The notes under the pieces were generated by a model. It was not told the DNA's origin, made no database searches, and saw only the letters and a list, made by a program, of their open reading frames with translations. Source: a virus (taxonomy: Duplodnaviria; Caudoviricetes). Taken from it: a stretch of DNA of 58,451 nt. The stretch is taken from positions 1-58,451 of IMG/VR virus record IMGVR_UViG_3300035703_000103; one strand, 5' to 3'. The position numbers and the translations under genes are program-made. Positions 8,388 to 16,736 of this stretch are shown here, piece after piece (within the stretch, counting starts at the first letter, position 1; every line of letters starts with the position of its first letter).

Positions 8388-8617
8388 ACTTGCTCCTTAA
8401 CCTTGATCGGTCGCCACGGCTTGCCCTGCAAAGAGGCAGACCGCCCGGTGGTGATGTTGAACCAGATGCCGTCCCGGTACTCTTCGATTGATGGCGCGAG
8501 GTGGTCGGCGTACAGACGTTCGTACAAGCCGTTCCTGGTCGGCTTGGTCGTCCGGTTCCAATCGTCGCGTTTCATTCGGTTATCCACGCGGCACCCCCGG
8601 ACGGCGCGGCTTGTCAT
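8384..8617 (-). CDS. Hypothetical early protein (true start may be downstream, MKRDDW)
   Basis: Overlap-coupled to xis. Confidence 0.5.
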   Translation of the reverse strand: MTSRAVRGCRVDNRMKRDDWNRTTKPTRNGLYERLYADHLAPSIEEYRDGIWFNITTGRSASLQGKPWRPIKVKEQV

Positions 8618-8689
8618 CGCTGAAGATGATGAGCGCGGCCATGACTACGATAATCGCAGGAGCGATCAGGAAGCCTTTGAGGATGTCTT

Positions 8690-8914
8690 TCATGTCCTGT
8701 TCCTGATGGCTTCAGCACAGGCGTAGCCGTGGCTTTCGTGGTCGATGTCGGATTTATCGCTGTAGTCCTCACACACCTTCGCGCATTGCTCTCTTTCGTG
8801 CTCGGCAACAAGGGCGGCGAAGCGTTCCAACATGAAGTAGTCAGTATGTTTTTCTTTGGTCGGGTGATTAAACCCAGCCTCTAGCGCCATGCAAAGGATG
8901 TCAGATTTGGTCAT
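8690..8914 (-). CDS. Hypothetical phage protein
   Basis: LERFAALVAEHEREQCAKVCE..CAEAIR motif common in phage small proteins. Confidence 0.7.
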   Translation of the reverse strand: MTKSDILCMALEAGFNHPTKEKHTDYFMLERFAALVAEHEREQCAKVCEDYSDKSDIDHESHGYACAEAIRNRT

Positions 8915-9144
8915 GTCTGCTCCCTTGCCTTGAGCATTTCATCTGCCATGTGCCACGCTGTAGTCGCATAGATCACATCGTCGCCGTCACCTAGGCGCGA
9001 CCAATCTCCGCTGTGCGCCATCAGACCTTGCAGGGCTGCGGCGGCGAAGTAGTCCCTGAGCGATAGCCCTTGCGCGTGCTCTGCCGGCGTGGTGCTGTGC
9101 GTGTGCAGCACGCTTGGGAATGCGGGGCCGCCGTTATTGCTCAT
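8911..9144 (-). CDS. Conserved hypothetical phage protein
   Basis: GGPAFP..GLSLRDYFAAAALQG..ADEMLKARE motif. Confidence 0.8.
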   Translation of the reverse strand: MSNNGGPAFPSVLHTHSTTPAEHAQGLSLRDYFAAAALQGLMAHSGDWSRLGDGDDVIYATTAWHMADEMLKAREQT

Positions 9145-9430
9145 CACCATCCTCCAAGTCCACCACCTTGTCTGCAATACACGCGATGACATCCTCCAGG
9201 CGCACGACCGTATAGCCGTCAACCATCCCCCTGCGGTGCAGCGTTTGCACACGGCGCAGGAGGTTCACTTGCATGAGCCTCAACACGGCCAGTTGCTTCA
9301 AAAGTTCCTCGCCGTGAGTGATGATTTCGCTTGGGTCAACCTGGTCACCCAGCCTGAGCCTGGAGATGATTTGCTGCATTTGCTTTCGGCCCACGCCGGG
9401 GCGTTGTTCTGCGATCAATGAATTCGCCAT
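9134..9430 (-). CDS. Hypothetical protein
   Basis: Fits coupled leftward operon. Confidence 0.55.
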   Translation of the reverse strand: MANSLIAEQRPGVGRKQMQQIISRLRLGDQVDPSEIITHGEELLKQLAVLRLMQVNLLRRVQTLHRRGMVDGYTVVRLEDVIACIADKVVDLEDGDEQ

Positions 9431-9557
9431 CGCCTAGATCAATCGTTGTCCACCGATGAAGGTTGGCGCACTCTCTGCGCCTGACAACCGCGCCATTCGC
9501 ACGCCGCCTCGTCTCCTTCACCAGCACCCATGTGTTTCCACAAACTGCACACTGCAT
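9345..9557 (-). CDS. NrdR-like zinc-ribbon protein
   Basis: MQCxxC..VKETR..RRRECANLHRWTT. Confidence 0.65.
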   Translation of the reverse strand: MQCAVCGNTWVLVKETRRRANGAVVRRRECANLHRWTTIDLGDGEFIDRRTTPRRGPKANAANHLQAQAG

Positions 9558-9647
9558 TACCAGAACTTCACAACTACGAAACCCAAGACCGCAACAGCGG
9601 CCACCGCTAAAACGAACAACCGGCCCAATACCTCTAGGCCATCGTCT

Positions 9648-9800
9648 TCATCGCGCATTCAGAATCTCCCTGACCAACTGGCGCACCTCTTCAGACACCG
9701 CCCAGCCAAGATCGTCCGGGTCTAGCAGTCGCAACAAGAAGCGGCGCAACTCAACATTTCGGGCGGCCAGTGCTTCGGCGGTGGACTTGTAGTCGGTCAT
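9648..9800 (-). CDS. Hypothetical protein
   Basis: LLRLLDPDDLGWAVS motif; ATGA coupling to MTase stop. Confidence 0.55.
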   Translation of the reverse strand: MTDYKSTAEALAARNVELRRFLLRLLDPDDLGWAVSEEVRQLVREILNAR

Positions 9801-11545
9801 GCCAACTGCTCCTTGATCCTCTTGCCGATCCAATGGACCACGGGAACTGCCCAGCTGTTTCCGAGGGCCTTGTACATAGGTCCGTCTGGCGGCGGCGTCT
9901 TGCCGCGCCACTCCACTTGCATCAGATAGTCGTCAGGGAAACCCTGCAATCTCGCGCACTCGACGGGCGTCAGGCGGCGCACTTGCATGGAAACCGGCAC
10001 GCAGAAGTCCAGCTCGTTCGCGTTGCCTGCGGGTCTGTTGAGGCCACCGCCATTGGCCGCGAGAGTCCCCGCGACGGGTGACATATCGGTCGGCCGCATC
10101 ACCACGGCGTGCTCTGCGTTGGATCGCGCAAGGGTGTGGCACGGATCGCCGGGATTCCTGTTCTGCTTGTTGACCGGCGCAGTGATGTTGAAGAAGTCGT
10201 AGGTGACGGGCTGCATCACGATGGGCAGATCGCACCCGTTGTCCTGCTTGGCGTGCTGAGTCGGGGCGACTGTGATTTCCTTGACGCGGCCGTCTTGGTC
10301 GTGGCGCTCGTAGCACACGGGCTGCATGACTGCCGTCGTGGTGCTGTTCTCCACGCCTGATGGAATGCGTGAGCGCAGACTGCTGCTGACCTCGGTGTAC
10401 GAAGCCACCTGTGCTGTGCCGTCAGTACCGTGGAGGGTCACGCCAACTGGGACGGCCACCGCCCCAACACCCATGCCATCACGGCCTCCGTTGGGGGTGA
10501 GCAGCGCATTGGCCGTGCCGTCCTGCCGAGCCTCTAGATCGCGCCCATCTCCACGGCCACGGATCGCCAGGATGTAGGGCTGCATCACCGCCTGCCCCTG
10601 CGCCTGGTCGAGCGTGTGCGCCACTTCATGCGCTACACCGTGGCCGTTGGCGCTGGTGTTGGCCGTACGGACGGCATAAGCAACTGCCGCAGTCGCGTTC
10701 TCATTGGCCCCTATGGCATGGCACAGATCGGTGCTGCTGATGGGGTCCTGGGTGGGGTGGAAGGCAACTGGCTGCGCCACGGCAAGCATTCCATCGGCAC
10801 GACCCGCAACTCGCATCGTTGGGGCGATGTTTTCAGTTGCATCCCCACCATCATCATTTCTACTGAAAGCCACCGGCACCAACGGCGTACCGCGCCCACT
10901 TCCATCTTCAGAGGCATCAAATCCTTCGCCGCGCAGGGTATGGGCTACATAGGTCGCTTCGTTGGGATCAAGCCTTCCCGTTGCCGTATGCGATGCCGTC
11001 AGTGCTCGAGCGCACTCCCCCCCCCCCTCCGATTCCGAGGGGCACGGGGACGAAGTTGTCGGAGTCCTCTCGGTGACTGCTGTTAGCGCGAGCTCTAAGG
11101 CTTTTGGCAATGTCTTGCCCCTCTTGCTGGCCCGACGAAGGATTCCCGCGCAGGCTTGAGCCGACAGGAAAAAGCGGTCCGGTAAAGAGCCTGTCTCCAA
11201 GACTTCGGACAACGTCGGCTTCGGTGTCGAAAAGCACGGTGCGGGGATCGAGCCGATGTTCATGCCCGACAGCAACGACAAAAACGCGCCGTCTTCGCTG
11301 CGGGACAAAGCCCTGAGCGTCGAGGACACGCCAAGCGAGTCGCCGTCTGGGTCCATCAACCAGACCCGCGTTTGTCCATCCGCTCCTCGAAACGAGGGGG
11401 GCCTCACATCCCGCCAGGCCGGCGAGGAAGCATCCAAATGCGTTGTCCTTGGTGCTGAGAACTCCGGGGACGTTCTCCCAGAAGACGATTGCGGGGTCAT
11501 CGCCTCGGGCGCGTCGAACATCGTCAATTGCATTTGCGATCTCAC
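9797..11545 (-). CDS. C5 cytosine DNA methyltransferase C-terminal part (variable region, motifs IX/X) fused to alternative-frame beta-like peptide
   Basis: RRLTPVECARLQGFPD and YKALGNSWAVPVV; N-terminal part LSEVLETG..FFLSAQACAGILRRA..RGK.LP. Confidence 0.8.
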   Translation of the reverse strand: MRSQMQLTMFDAPEAMTPQSSSGRTSPEFSAPRTTHLDASSPAWRDVRPPSFRGADGQTRVWLMDPDGDSLGVSSTLRALSRSEDGAFLSLLSGMNIGSIPAPCFSTPKPTLSEVLETGSLPDRFFLSAQACAGILRRASKRGKTLPKALELALTAVTERTPTTSSPCPSESEGGGECARALTASHTATGRLDPNEATYVAHTLRGEGFDASEDGSGRGTPLVPVAFSRNDDGGDATENIAPTMRVAGRADGMLAVAQPVAFHPTQDPISSTDLCHAIGANENATAAVAYAVRTANTSANGHGVAHEVAHTLDQAQGQAVMQPYILAIRGRGDGRDLEARQDGTANALLTPNGGRDGMGVGAVAVPVGVTLHGTDGTAQVASYTEVSSSLRSRIPSGVENSTTTAVMQPVCYERHDQDGRVKEITVAPTQHAKQDNGCDLPIVMQPVTYDFFNITAPVNKQNRNPGDPCHTLARSNAEHAVVMRPTDMSPVAGTLAANGGGLNRPAGNANELDFCVPVSMQVRRLTPVECARLQGFPDDYLMQVEWRGKTPPPDGPMYKALGNSWAVPVVHWIGKRIKEQLA

Positions 11546-11840
11546 AGAAAGTCAGGGAAAGGTTGCCGCGGTCATCGTTGAGTGACTGACGCAGACCGGC
11601 CACGGAAAACGCTTGGCATGGGGTTCCACCGCAGAACAGATCGGGCGCTTCAATCTCTCCAGACCTGATCCGATCAGGCAGCACGCTCATGTCGCCCAGG
11701 TTGGGGACATCCGGGTAGTGATGCGCCAGGACTGCTGAAGGGAACGGCTCAATCTCAGCAAGCCATGCGGCCTTCCAGCCAAGCGGGTGCCACGCCACCG
11801 ATGCGGCTTCTATCCCGGAACAAACAGAACCGAATCTCAT
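10968..11840 (-). CDS. dcm: C5 cytosine DNA methyltransferase N-terminal part (motifs I-VIII), truncated by G11 frameshift
   Basis: FGSVCSGIEA, GGTPCQAFS, WENVPG, VPQRRRRVFVV. Confidence 0.9.
   Translation of the reverse strand: MRFGSVCSGIEAASVAWHPLGWKAAWLAEIEPFPSAVLAHHYPDVPNLGDMSVLPDRIRSGEIEAPDLFCGGTPCQAFSVAGLRQSLNDDRGNLSLTFCEIANAIDDVRRARGDDPAIVFWENVPGVLSTKDNAFGCFLAGLAGCEAPLVSRSGWTNAGLVDGPRRRLAWRVLDAQGFVPQRRRRVFVVAVGHEHRLDPRTVLFDTEADVVRSLGDRLFTGPLFPVGSSLRGNPSSGQQEGQDIAKSLRARANSSHREDSDNFVPVPLGIGGGGGVRSSTDGIAYGNGKA
11017..11027 (-). repeat. G11 homopolymer at MTase frameshift point
   Basis: 11 C on + strand; G10 restores one 680-aa ORF. Confidence 0.85.
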
Positions 11841-12088
11841 GCCGCCTCCCGCCACGCCTGCTGCAGCAGATCAAACTGATGCCCCGGCCTGGGCTTTCCT
11901 TTGCCACGCATTGCGGGCCTCGCCACGGCTGCAGGCGCAAGGCCCAAGGCGCGCAACTTGATGTGCAGCGTGGTTTCGCTCATACCGACCGCCGGGGCGA
12001 TGGCCGTGACCGACTCGCCTGCGGCTAGGCGCTGGCAGACCTCGCCGTAGATGGCCCAGGTCAGGCGGCGCTTTTGTGGACGGATCAC
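11837..12088 (-). CDS. Small HTH-like protein
   Basis: GESVTAIAPAVGMSETTL. Confidence 0.6.
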   Translation of the reverse strand: MIRPQKRRLTWAIYGEVCQRLAAGESVTAIAPAVGMSETTLHIKLRALGLAPAAVARPAMRGKGKPRPGHQFDLLQQAWREAA

Positions 12089-12279
12089 TGCTGCCCCTCC
12101 GCAGCTAGGACCGCACGCAGACGCTCAATGCGGGTGGAGTTGTAGGCGGCAAGAGCCTGGGCGTACTCCATCGCAGACTGCGCCTGCAGCCGTTCGCGCT
12201 CGGCTTGTGCAAGCTCGGCCGCGGCCAGCTCAATGGCGGTCTTTTGCCGGAACACGCCCTTGACCATTTCACTCAACAT
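12085..12279 (-). CDS. Hypothetical coiled-coil protein
   Basis: MLSEMVKG..AQSAMEYAQA..RIERLR; coupled operon. Confidence 0.6.
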   Translation of the reverse strand: MLSEMVKGVFRQKTAIELAAAELAQAERERLQAQSAMEYAQALAAYNSTRIERLRAVLAAEGQQ

Positions 12280-12607
12280 CCACAGTCTCCCTTTTCCGTT
12301 TTGCTTGGCTTGCCCGCTCAGATCCCTCGTCAGGGCGGGTGCGCCTGTTGCGCCGCTCCGGTTCAAATAACTTGGCATCCCGGCCACACGGCCCGCTGTA
12401 TCGCGCATCAATGCAGGTGCTGTACTCACGCCGACTCCCCTTGCTTCTTTTGCACACCATCACGCGGTTGATTTCCATCTTTCGCCGCGCCCCACCAACC
12501 GCTTCTGCGTAGTGCCTGCAGGCCATGCAGGTCTTGCGCTCCTCGCCCCAGGTGTATTCGGGCAGGGTCCACTGCGGATCGGCGATGTAGACGCGGCGCC
12601 AGGTCAT
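12269..12607 (-). CDS. Hypothetical Cys-rich protein
   Basis: CxxC and CG..AKLFE motifs. Confidence 0.55.
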   Translation of the reverse strand: MTWRRVYIADPQWTLPEYTWGEERKTCMACRHYAEAVGGARRKMEINRVMVCKRSKGSRREYSTCIDARYSGPCGRDAKLFEPERRNRRTRPDEGSERASQAKRKRETVDVE

Positions 12608-12804
12608 GCCGCCTGTTCAATCGCACGCTGTTGAGCGTTCAGTCGGTCGCGCAGGCGCTCGGCGTTTTCTTGGAAGAACTGGTACTCACCACAAGTTGTG
12701 CCGGTGAATCCATCAACCACGATGAACATCCCGGCGCTGAACATGGATCGTTCAAAGTGAACGAAGTACCGGGCCTTGGGATCGTTTTGGAATGCGAGAG
12801 TCAT
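12604..12804 (-). CDS. Hypothetical protein
   Basis: ATGA-coupled. Confidence 0.55.
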   Translation of the reverse strand: MTLAFQNDPKARYFVHFERSMFSAGMFIVVDGFTGTTCGEYQFFQENAERLRDRLNAQQRAIEQAA

Positions 12805-13415
12805 GCCGCCACCTTTGAAAGCCGCTCAACCATCTGATCAACCTCGATCAGGAACTGCTCAACCTCAAACTCCAGTTCCGCAATGAGCTTGTCGTCGCGC
12901 TTGATGCGCGTGACGAACAACTGCAGATGAGCCGGGAAGCGGTCGTCGTAGCTGACGAAGTCGCACCACCTCCTGCCGGTGCAAGCCATTTGCCACTGCA
13001 TCTGCGTGATGTACTTGCCATCAGGCTTGCCCGTGAGCAGGGTGTTCATGTGCGTGGCGCTGTTGGGCACCTTGATCTCGAGCAGACCATCGGTGTTGAT
13101 AACCCCGTCCGGCGAAGCGCCCGACATCTGCAGTCGGGGGTGCAGGATCAGTCCCACCTCCTCCACGATCTCGCCACTCATGGCCTCGTAGGCCGCTCGG
13201 GCCACCGGCTCCATCTCCGTGCCGCGCTGCATGGCCGCGTTGGTGAAGGACTCCTGCCGGCGCCCGGTCATGCGCTCCAGGACCAGTTCTGCCAAGTAGT
13301 TCTGGCGGGAGGTTGAGTACCCGGACTTGGTCTTGGCAATCACATCGGCCACGCGGGAGGCGGTCACCTTGCCCAGGCGCGCAGCGAACCATTCATCTGT
13401 GCGCTGGTCCATCAC
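12801..13415 (-). CDS. YqaJ/lambda-exonuclease family protein
   Basis: QRTDEWFAARLGKVTAS, ASPDG, LEIKVP, Y..QMQWQM. Confidence 0.95.
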   Translation of the reverse strand: MMDQRTDEWFAARLGKVTASRVADVIAKTKSGYSTSRQNYLAELVLERMTGRRQESFTNAAMQRGTEMEPVARAAYEAMSGEIVEEVGLILHPRLQMSGASPDGVINTDGLLEIKVPNSATHMNTLLTGKPDGKYITQMQWQMACTGRRWCDFVSYDDRFPAHLQLFVTRIKRDDKLIAELEFEVEQFLIEVDQMVERLSKVAA

Positions 13416-14173
13416 TTGACCTCCGCATCGACGACGTTTGCCGCGGCGATGGCTGCGTTGAATGCATCCCGGCGCTGCAGAACCAGGTCTTTCAACTCCT
13501 CATAGCCCGAGACATCACGGGCCGCATTGGCCAGGGCGCACTGCGCCTTCCAGATGCGCTGCAGCTCATCCTTGTCGGGAGCGGCGAGCACCAGGGCCTT
13601 GGCGGCATCCAGGTCGAAGGTGATGATTTCCCCGGTGTCGGAGTTGATGACCTTCGGGGCGACGGATTCAACGATGCGCTCGGCCTCGTCCTGCTCGTAG
13701 ATACCCACGAAGCCAAACGCCAAGCGAGCGCACTGAATCATGCTTTTGTGGCGGAGCATCCTCTTGGGGTGCGACTGCCAGGGGCCGGTGCCGCGCTTGC
13801 ACTCTTCCATCCATTCCGTGACCTTCACCGGGTGAGCGCGGTCCTTGCGGTAGATGATGCAGGTGCAGGACTCGTTGTCCTGCTGGAAGTCCATGCCATC
13901 AAACTGCGGGTGCGTGTTGATGATTCGGCTCCAACCGTCCACGCCGACCACCGGCACGATGCCGTTTGACTTGTCAGGGAAAGCGTAGATTTCCTTGGTC
14001 CAAGGATTCAGGCTGTACTGGTTGGCGACCACCAGCAGCGCGGCCATCTGCGCATCGGAAACCTGGCCCTTGAATGCGGTGGCTTTCAGTACGCCAACCA
14101 ACTCCTCGGGCTCTCCGCCCAGGTTGAGCGCTGCGGCCAGCTTGCTGGCGTTGGCAAGAACGATGTTGCTCAC
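13412..14173 (-). CDS. bet: Phage recombinase Bet/RecT (single-strand annealing)
   Basis: LNPWTKEIYAFP, VVGVDGW, WQSHPKRMLRHK..QCARLAFG. Confidence 0.95.
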   Translation of the reverse strand: MSNIVLANASKLAAALNLGGEPEELVGVLKATAFKGQVSDAQMAALLVVANQYSLNPWTKEIYAFPDKSNGIVPVVGVDGWSRIINTHPQFDGMDFQQDNESCTCIIYRKDRAHPVKVTEWMEECKRGTGPWQSHPKRMLRHKSMIQCARLAFGFVGIYEQDEAERIVESVAPKVINSDTGEIITFDLDAAKALVLAAPDKDELQRIWKAQCALANAARDVSGYEELKDLVLQRRDAFNAAIAAANVVDAEVK

Positions 14174-14613
14174 TTAGATGCTCCCCTCTTGTTCCATGCG
14201 GAAATGTTTGCCCGCGCTGCGGCGCGCTGCTTTTCGGTAACCTTCTTTAGTCCGGTTTCAAATGCATGCCGAATGTTTTTGCTTGCGGTGATCCACTCCA
14301 GGTTTTCAAGGCGGTTGTCGGACTTGATGCCGTTGATGTGGTTAACCTGAAGTGGATCGGCGGCGCCGCCGGAAAAGGAAATCATTACGACCCGATGCAC
14401 CTTTGGGTACTTCCTAATGCCATCCTTGAAAAGGGTCACATACTGATATCCGCACTTGTCGGTGCGGGGCCGCATCCATCGGCCAGTTCCTCTGGACTTG
14501 TTGGGGTATGCCCAAACTCGACCGTCTGCAGATGCTGCATAGCGGCCCTCGTACGCGGGAACTGGCGCAACCAAGACTCCATCTATAAATTGCGCGGTCC
14601 ATATCTCGCTCAT
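14170..14613 (-). CDS. NUMOD4-HNH endonuclease
   Basis: YEGRY..S..GRV; VHRVV..VNHINGIKSDNRLENLEW. Confidence 0.9.
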   Translation of the reverse strand: MSEIWTAQFIDGVLVAPVPAYEGRYAASADGRVWAYPNKSRGTGRWMRPRTDKCGYQYVTLFKDGIRKYPKVHRVVMISFSGGAADPLQVNHINGIKSDNRLENLEWITASKNIRHAFETGLKKVTEKQRAAARANISAWNKRGASK

Positions 14614-14825
14614 TTCTTCCTCTCAAAGATGGCCCGAAGCACTCGGGCGATCAAGTTCTTGTAGTAAGACGCCCGGGTGATCGGGCGGGTGCGTCGGTAA
14701 GGGCCGGTGATGGCGCCCGTGTCAAGCAATCGTTGAATCACCACGGCGCTGCCTCCCAGTTCGGTGCGAGCCTGGGCTTGCGTGTCTTGCGAAACGCTTT
14801 GCCCTTGAAGGTTGGAAATGGCCAC
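14610..14825 (-). CDS. Hypothetical protein
   Basis: Coupled to HNH start. Confidence 0.4.
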   Translation of the reverse strand: MAISNLQGQSVSQDTQAQARTELGGSAVVIQRLLDTGAITGPYRRTRPITRASYYKNLIARVLRAIFERKK

Positions 14826-14960
14826 GCTCCCTCCCGTACAGACTGCGGAATCAGACGATGCCCATCCACCACAGCGCCACCGGCAGGAAGACGCACATGG
14901 CCAGGAACAGCGCGCCGAGCAAGTCCATCGCGCCCTGCCGGCGCTGCTCGTATGTCGTGC

Positions 14961-15164
14961 TCATGCGATTGCATGGTTGGCCAACACGTCGTCTTCGATG
15001 CGGCTGATCGTTTCCGCGTCGAGCTGGCCGGTGATGTCAATGCCACCGACCCAGACCTTGAGGTTGGCCACCGAATCACCGGCGCCGGGCTCGTCGTCGC
15101 GGTCGGCATAACCGGGCTTGATGTCGAACTCGACTTCCACTTCAAGGGTGATTTCGAGGTTCAT
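14961..15164 (-). CDS. Acidic hypothetical protein
   Basis: Coupled operon. Confidence 0.6.
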   Translation of the reverse strand: MNLEITLEVEVEFDIKPGYADRDDEPGAGDSVANLKVWVGGIDITGQLDAETISRIEDDVLANHAIA

Positions 15165-15403
15165 GCGGCCCCCTTGATGCGCTGACGCATGGCAGAAATT
15201 TGGCGCTTACAGGCGATGTCGTAGTCGCTCATGCACCGGACATATGCGGGCACGAAAGCTTGGATTACGGACATCCAGAATGCGCGTGACCGCTCGGACT
15301 TGGCCCGATTCATACGGTTCATGGCCGCAACATTGGGGTTTTGGCACCGCTCAGAGAGAGCTGCAGCGGCGAATACGACCCTGACAGGAAGAACTGCTTT
15401 CAT
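15161..15403 (-). CDS. Hypothetical protein
   Basis: ATGA-coupled start MKAVLP. Confidence 0.5.
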   Translation of the reverse strand: MKAVLPVRVVFAAAALSERCQNPNVAAMNRMNRAKSERSRAFWMSVIQAFVPAYVRCMSDYDIACKRQISAMRQRIKGAA

Positions 15404-15591
15404 GCCGCCACCTCGCTGCGCTGCTCGGCCAGAACTTCGTTGATCGCGTTGGCCAGGGCCTGAGCCTCGTCGGCAGTCAGGTATGCGATCTGGTGGCCGC
15501 TGCGCGACCAAACGGCAAACTGGATGCCGTCTCCGTTGTCATTGACGTGCAGGTTCTGCCCGTCTGCCGTGTCTACTGTCCTGTCTGCCAT
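15400..15591 (-). CDS. Hypothetical protein, first gene of leftward early operon
   Basis: RBS GGAGAGG upstream. Confidence 0.65.
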   Translation of the reverse strand: MADRTVDTADGQNLHVNDNGDGIQFAVWSRSGHQIAYLTADEAQALANAINEVLAEQRSEVAA

Positions 15592-15633
15592 CTGCCTCTC
15601 CTTGTTGCGCTTGGTGCGCTGTTGATGAAGCAG

Positions 15634-15673
15634 ACTGTAGCACCGCTACTTCTCAAAAACAAGAGCAATGCTT
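15634..15673 (-). promoter_or_regulatory. PL-like promoter with two repressor operators
   Basis: Minus strand TTGTTT-17-TACAGT; palindromes GTAGC-ACC-GCTAC (15637-15649) and GAGC-AAT-GCTT (15663-15673) resemble those at PR. Confidence 0.65.
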
Positions 15674-15706
15674 GAGAAATAGTTACTAGAGGAAACCCTG
15701 TGGGAG

Positions 15707-15734
15707 AAAAAAGCCACCCGTTGGGGTGGCTCTT
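15707..15734. terminator. Intrinsic terminator (mainly minus strand)
   Basis: AAAAAA-GCCACCC-GTTG-GGGTGGC-TCTT. Confidence 0.75.
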
Positions 15735-15759
15735 GTGGGGGTGGCAAGTGAGTTAACGA

Positions 15760-15788
15760 TTGACGCTAATAACGCCGGCCGTTATCAT
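15760..15788 (+). promoter_or_regulatory. higBA promoter with operator
   Basis: TTGACG-17-TATCAT; palindrome ATAACG-N5-CGTTAT 15769-15785. Confidence 0.75.
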
Positions 15789-15794
15789 TGCGGC

Positions 15795-16073
15795 ATGATC
15801 CAGAGTTTTGAGTGCAGCGACACCGAGGCCTTGTTTGCTGGTCGCCGCGTCAAGCGCTTCGTCAATATCGAAGGTGTCGCCATCCGCAAGCTGCAACAAC
15901 TCCATGCGGCCACGACTCTGGAGTTCATGCGTGTGCCCCCTGGGAACCGCCTGGAGGCGCTCAGCGGTGACCGCAAGGGCCAGCACAGCATCCGCATCAA
16001 CGACCAATGGCGTGTGTGCTTCGTTTGGGCTGACGGACACGCGCAGCGCGTTGAGATCACGGACTATCACTGA
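15795..16073 (+). CDS. higB: HigB (RelE/ParE family) toxin
   Basis: MIQSF..DTEALF..PPGNRLEALSGDRKGQHSIRINDQWRVCF. Confidence 0.95.
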   Translation: MIQSFECSDTEALFAGRRVKRFVNIEGVAIRKLQQLHAATTLEFMRVPPGNRLEALSGDRKGQHSIRINDQWRVCFVWADGHAQRVEITDYH

Positions 16074-16084
16074 CAGAGGCAACC

Positions 16085-16390
16085 ATGAAGAAGCGAGAAG
16101 TTCCCCTCATGCACCCCGGCGTGATCCTGCTGGAAGACTGGCTCAAGCCGCTGGGAGTGAGCCAGTACCGGCTCGCCCAAGCCATTGGGGTGCCGCCCCG
16201 CCGCATCAATGAGATCGTCAAGGGCCTGCGCGGCATCACGGTCGATACGGCGCTGCGTTTGGGCGCGTTCTTCGGGACGGATGCGCAGAGCTGGATCAAC
16301 CTGCAGACGCACTACGATGCGGAGCAGGCGCGTCAGGCAATGGCCGATGTGATCGCCAAGATCAAGCGGTTTGAGCCTGAGCAGGCTTGA
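16085..16390 (+). CDS. higA: HigA antitoxin (HTH)
   Basis: HPGVILLEDWLKPLGVSQYRLA..RINEIVKG.R.IT.DTALRL..FFGT..WINLQ. Confidence 0.95.
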   Translation: MKKREVPLMHPGVILLEDWLKPLGVSQYRLAQAIGVPPRRINEIVKGLRGITVDTALRLGAFFGTDAQSWINLQTHYDAEQARQAMADVIAKIKRFEPEQA

Positions 16391-16397
16391 TGACGCG

Positions 16398-16736
16398 CTA
16401 CGGCTTGGCTCGAGGTGCGTCGCTTTCGTCTCGCCAGTCGATGTCGCCGAAATCCATGACGCTGTCTTCGGCCGGGCAGTCCATGCTCACGCCCTTCGGG
16501 CTTTCCCAGACATAGCAGATGCGGTAGTCCACATAGATCGTGCCGCTCATCGGGATACGAACCACGCGCAGCGTTGCGTCTGGCATTTCGTAGACCCGCT
16601 CAATAGGGCCTCGCTTGAACATAGCCGCGACCTTGGCGCGCTCCTTTTCCCGGCGCTCCTTGGTCCGCCTTTCCTTGTCTGACTCGCCTGTGCAGCCGGC
16701 CAGCAGGGCCAGAGCGAGGATGGCTGCGCCTTTCAC
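16398..16736 (-). CDS. Lipoprotein co-transcribed with repressor
   Basis: Signal/lipobox ILALALLAGC; GTGA coupling to cI. Confidence 0.7.
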   Translation of the reverse strand: MKGAAILALALLAGCTGESDKERRTKERREKERAKVAAMFKRGPIERVYEMPDATLRVVRIPMSGTIYVDYRICYVWESPKGVSMDCPAEDSVMDFGDIDWRDESDAPRAKP

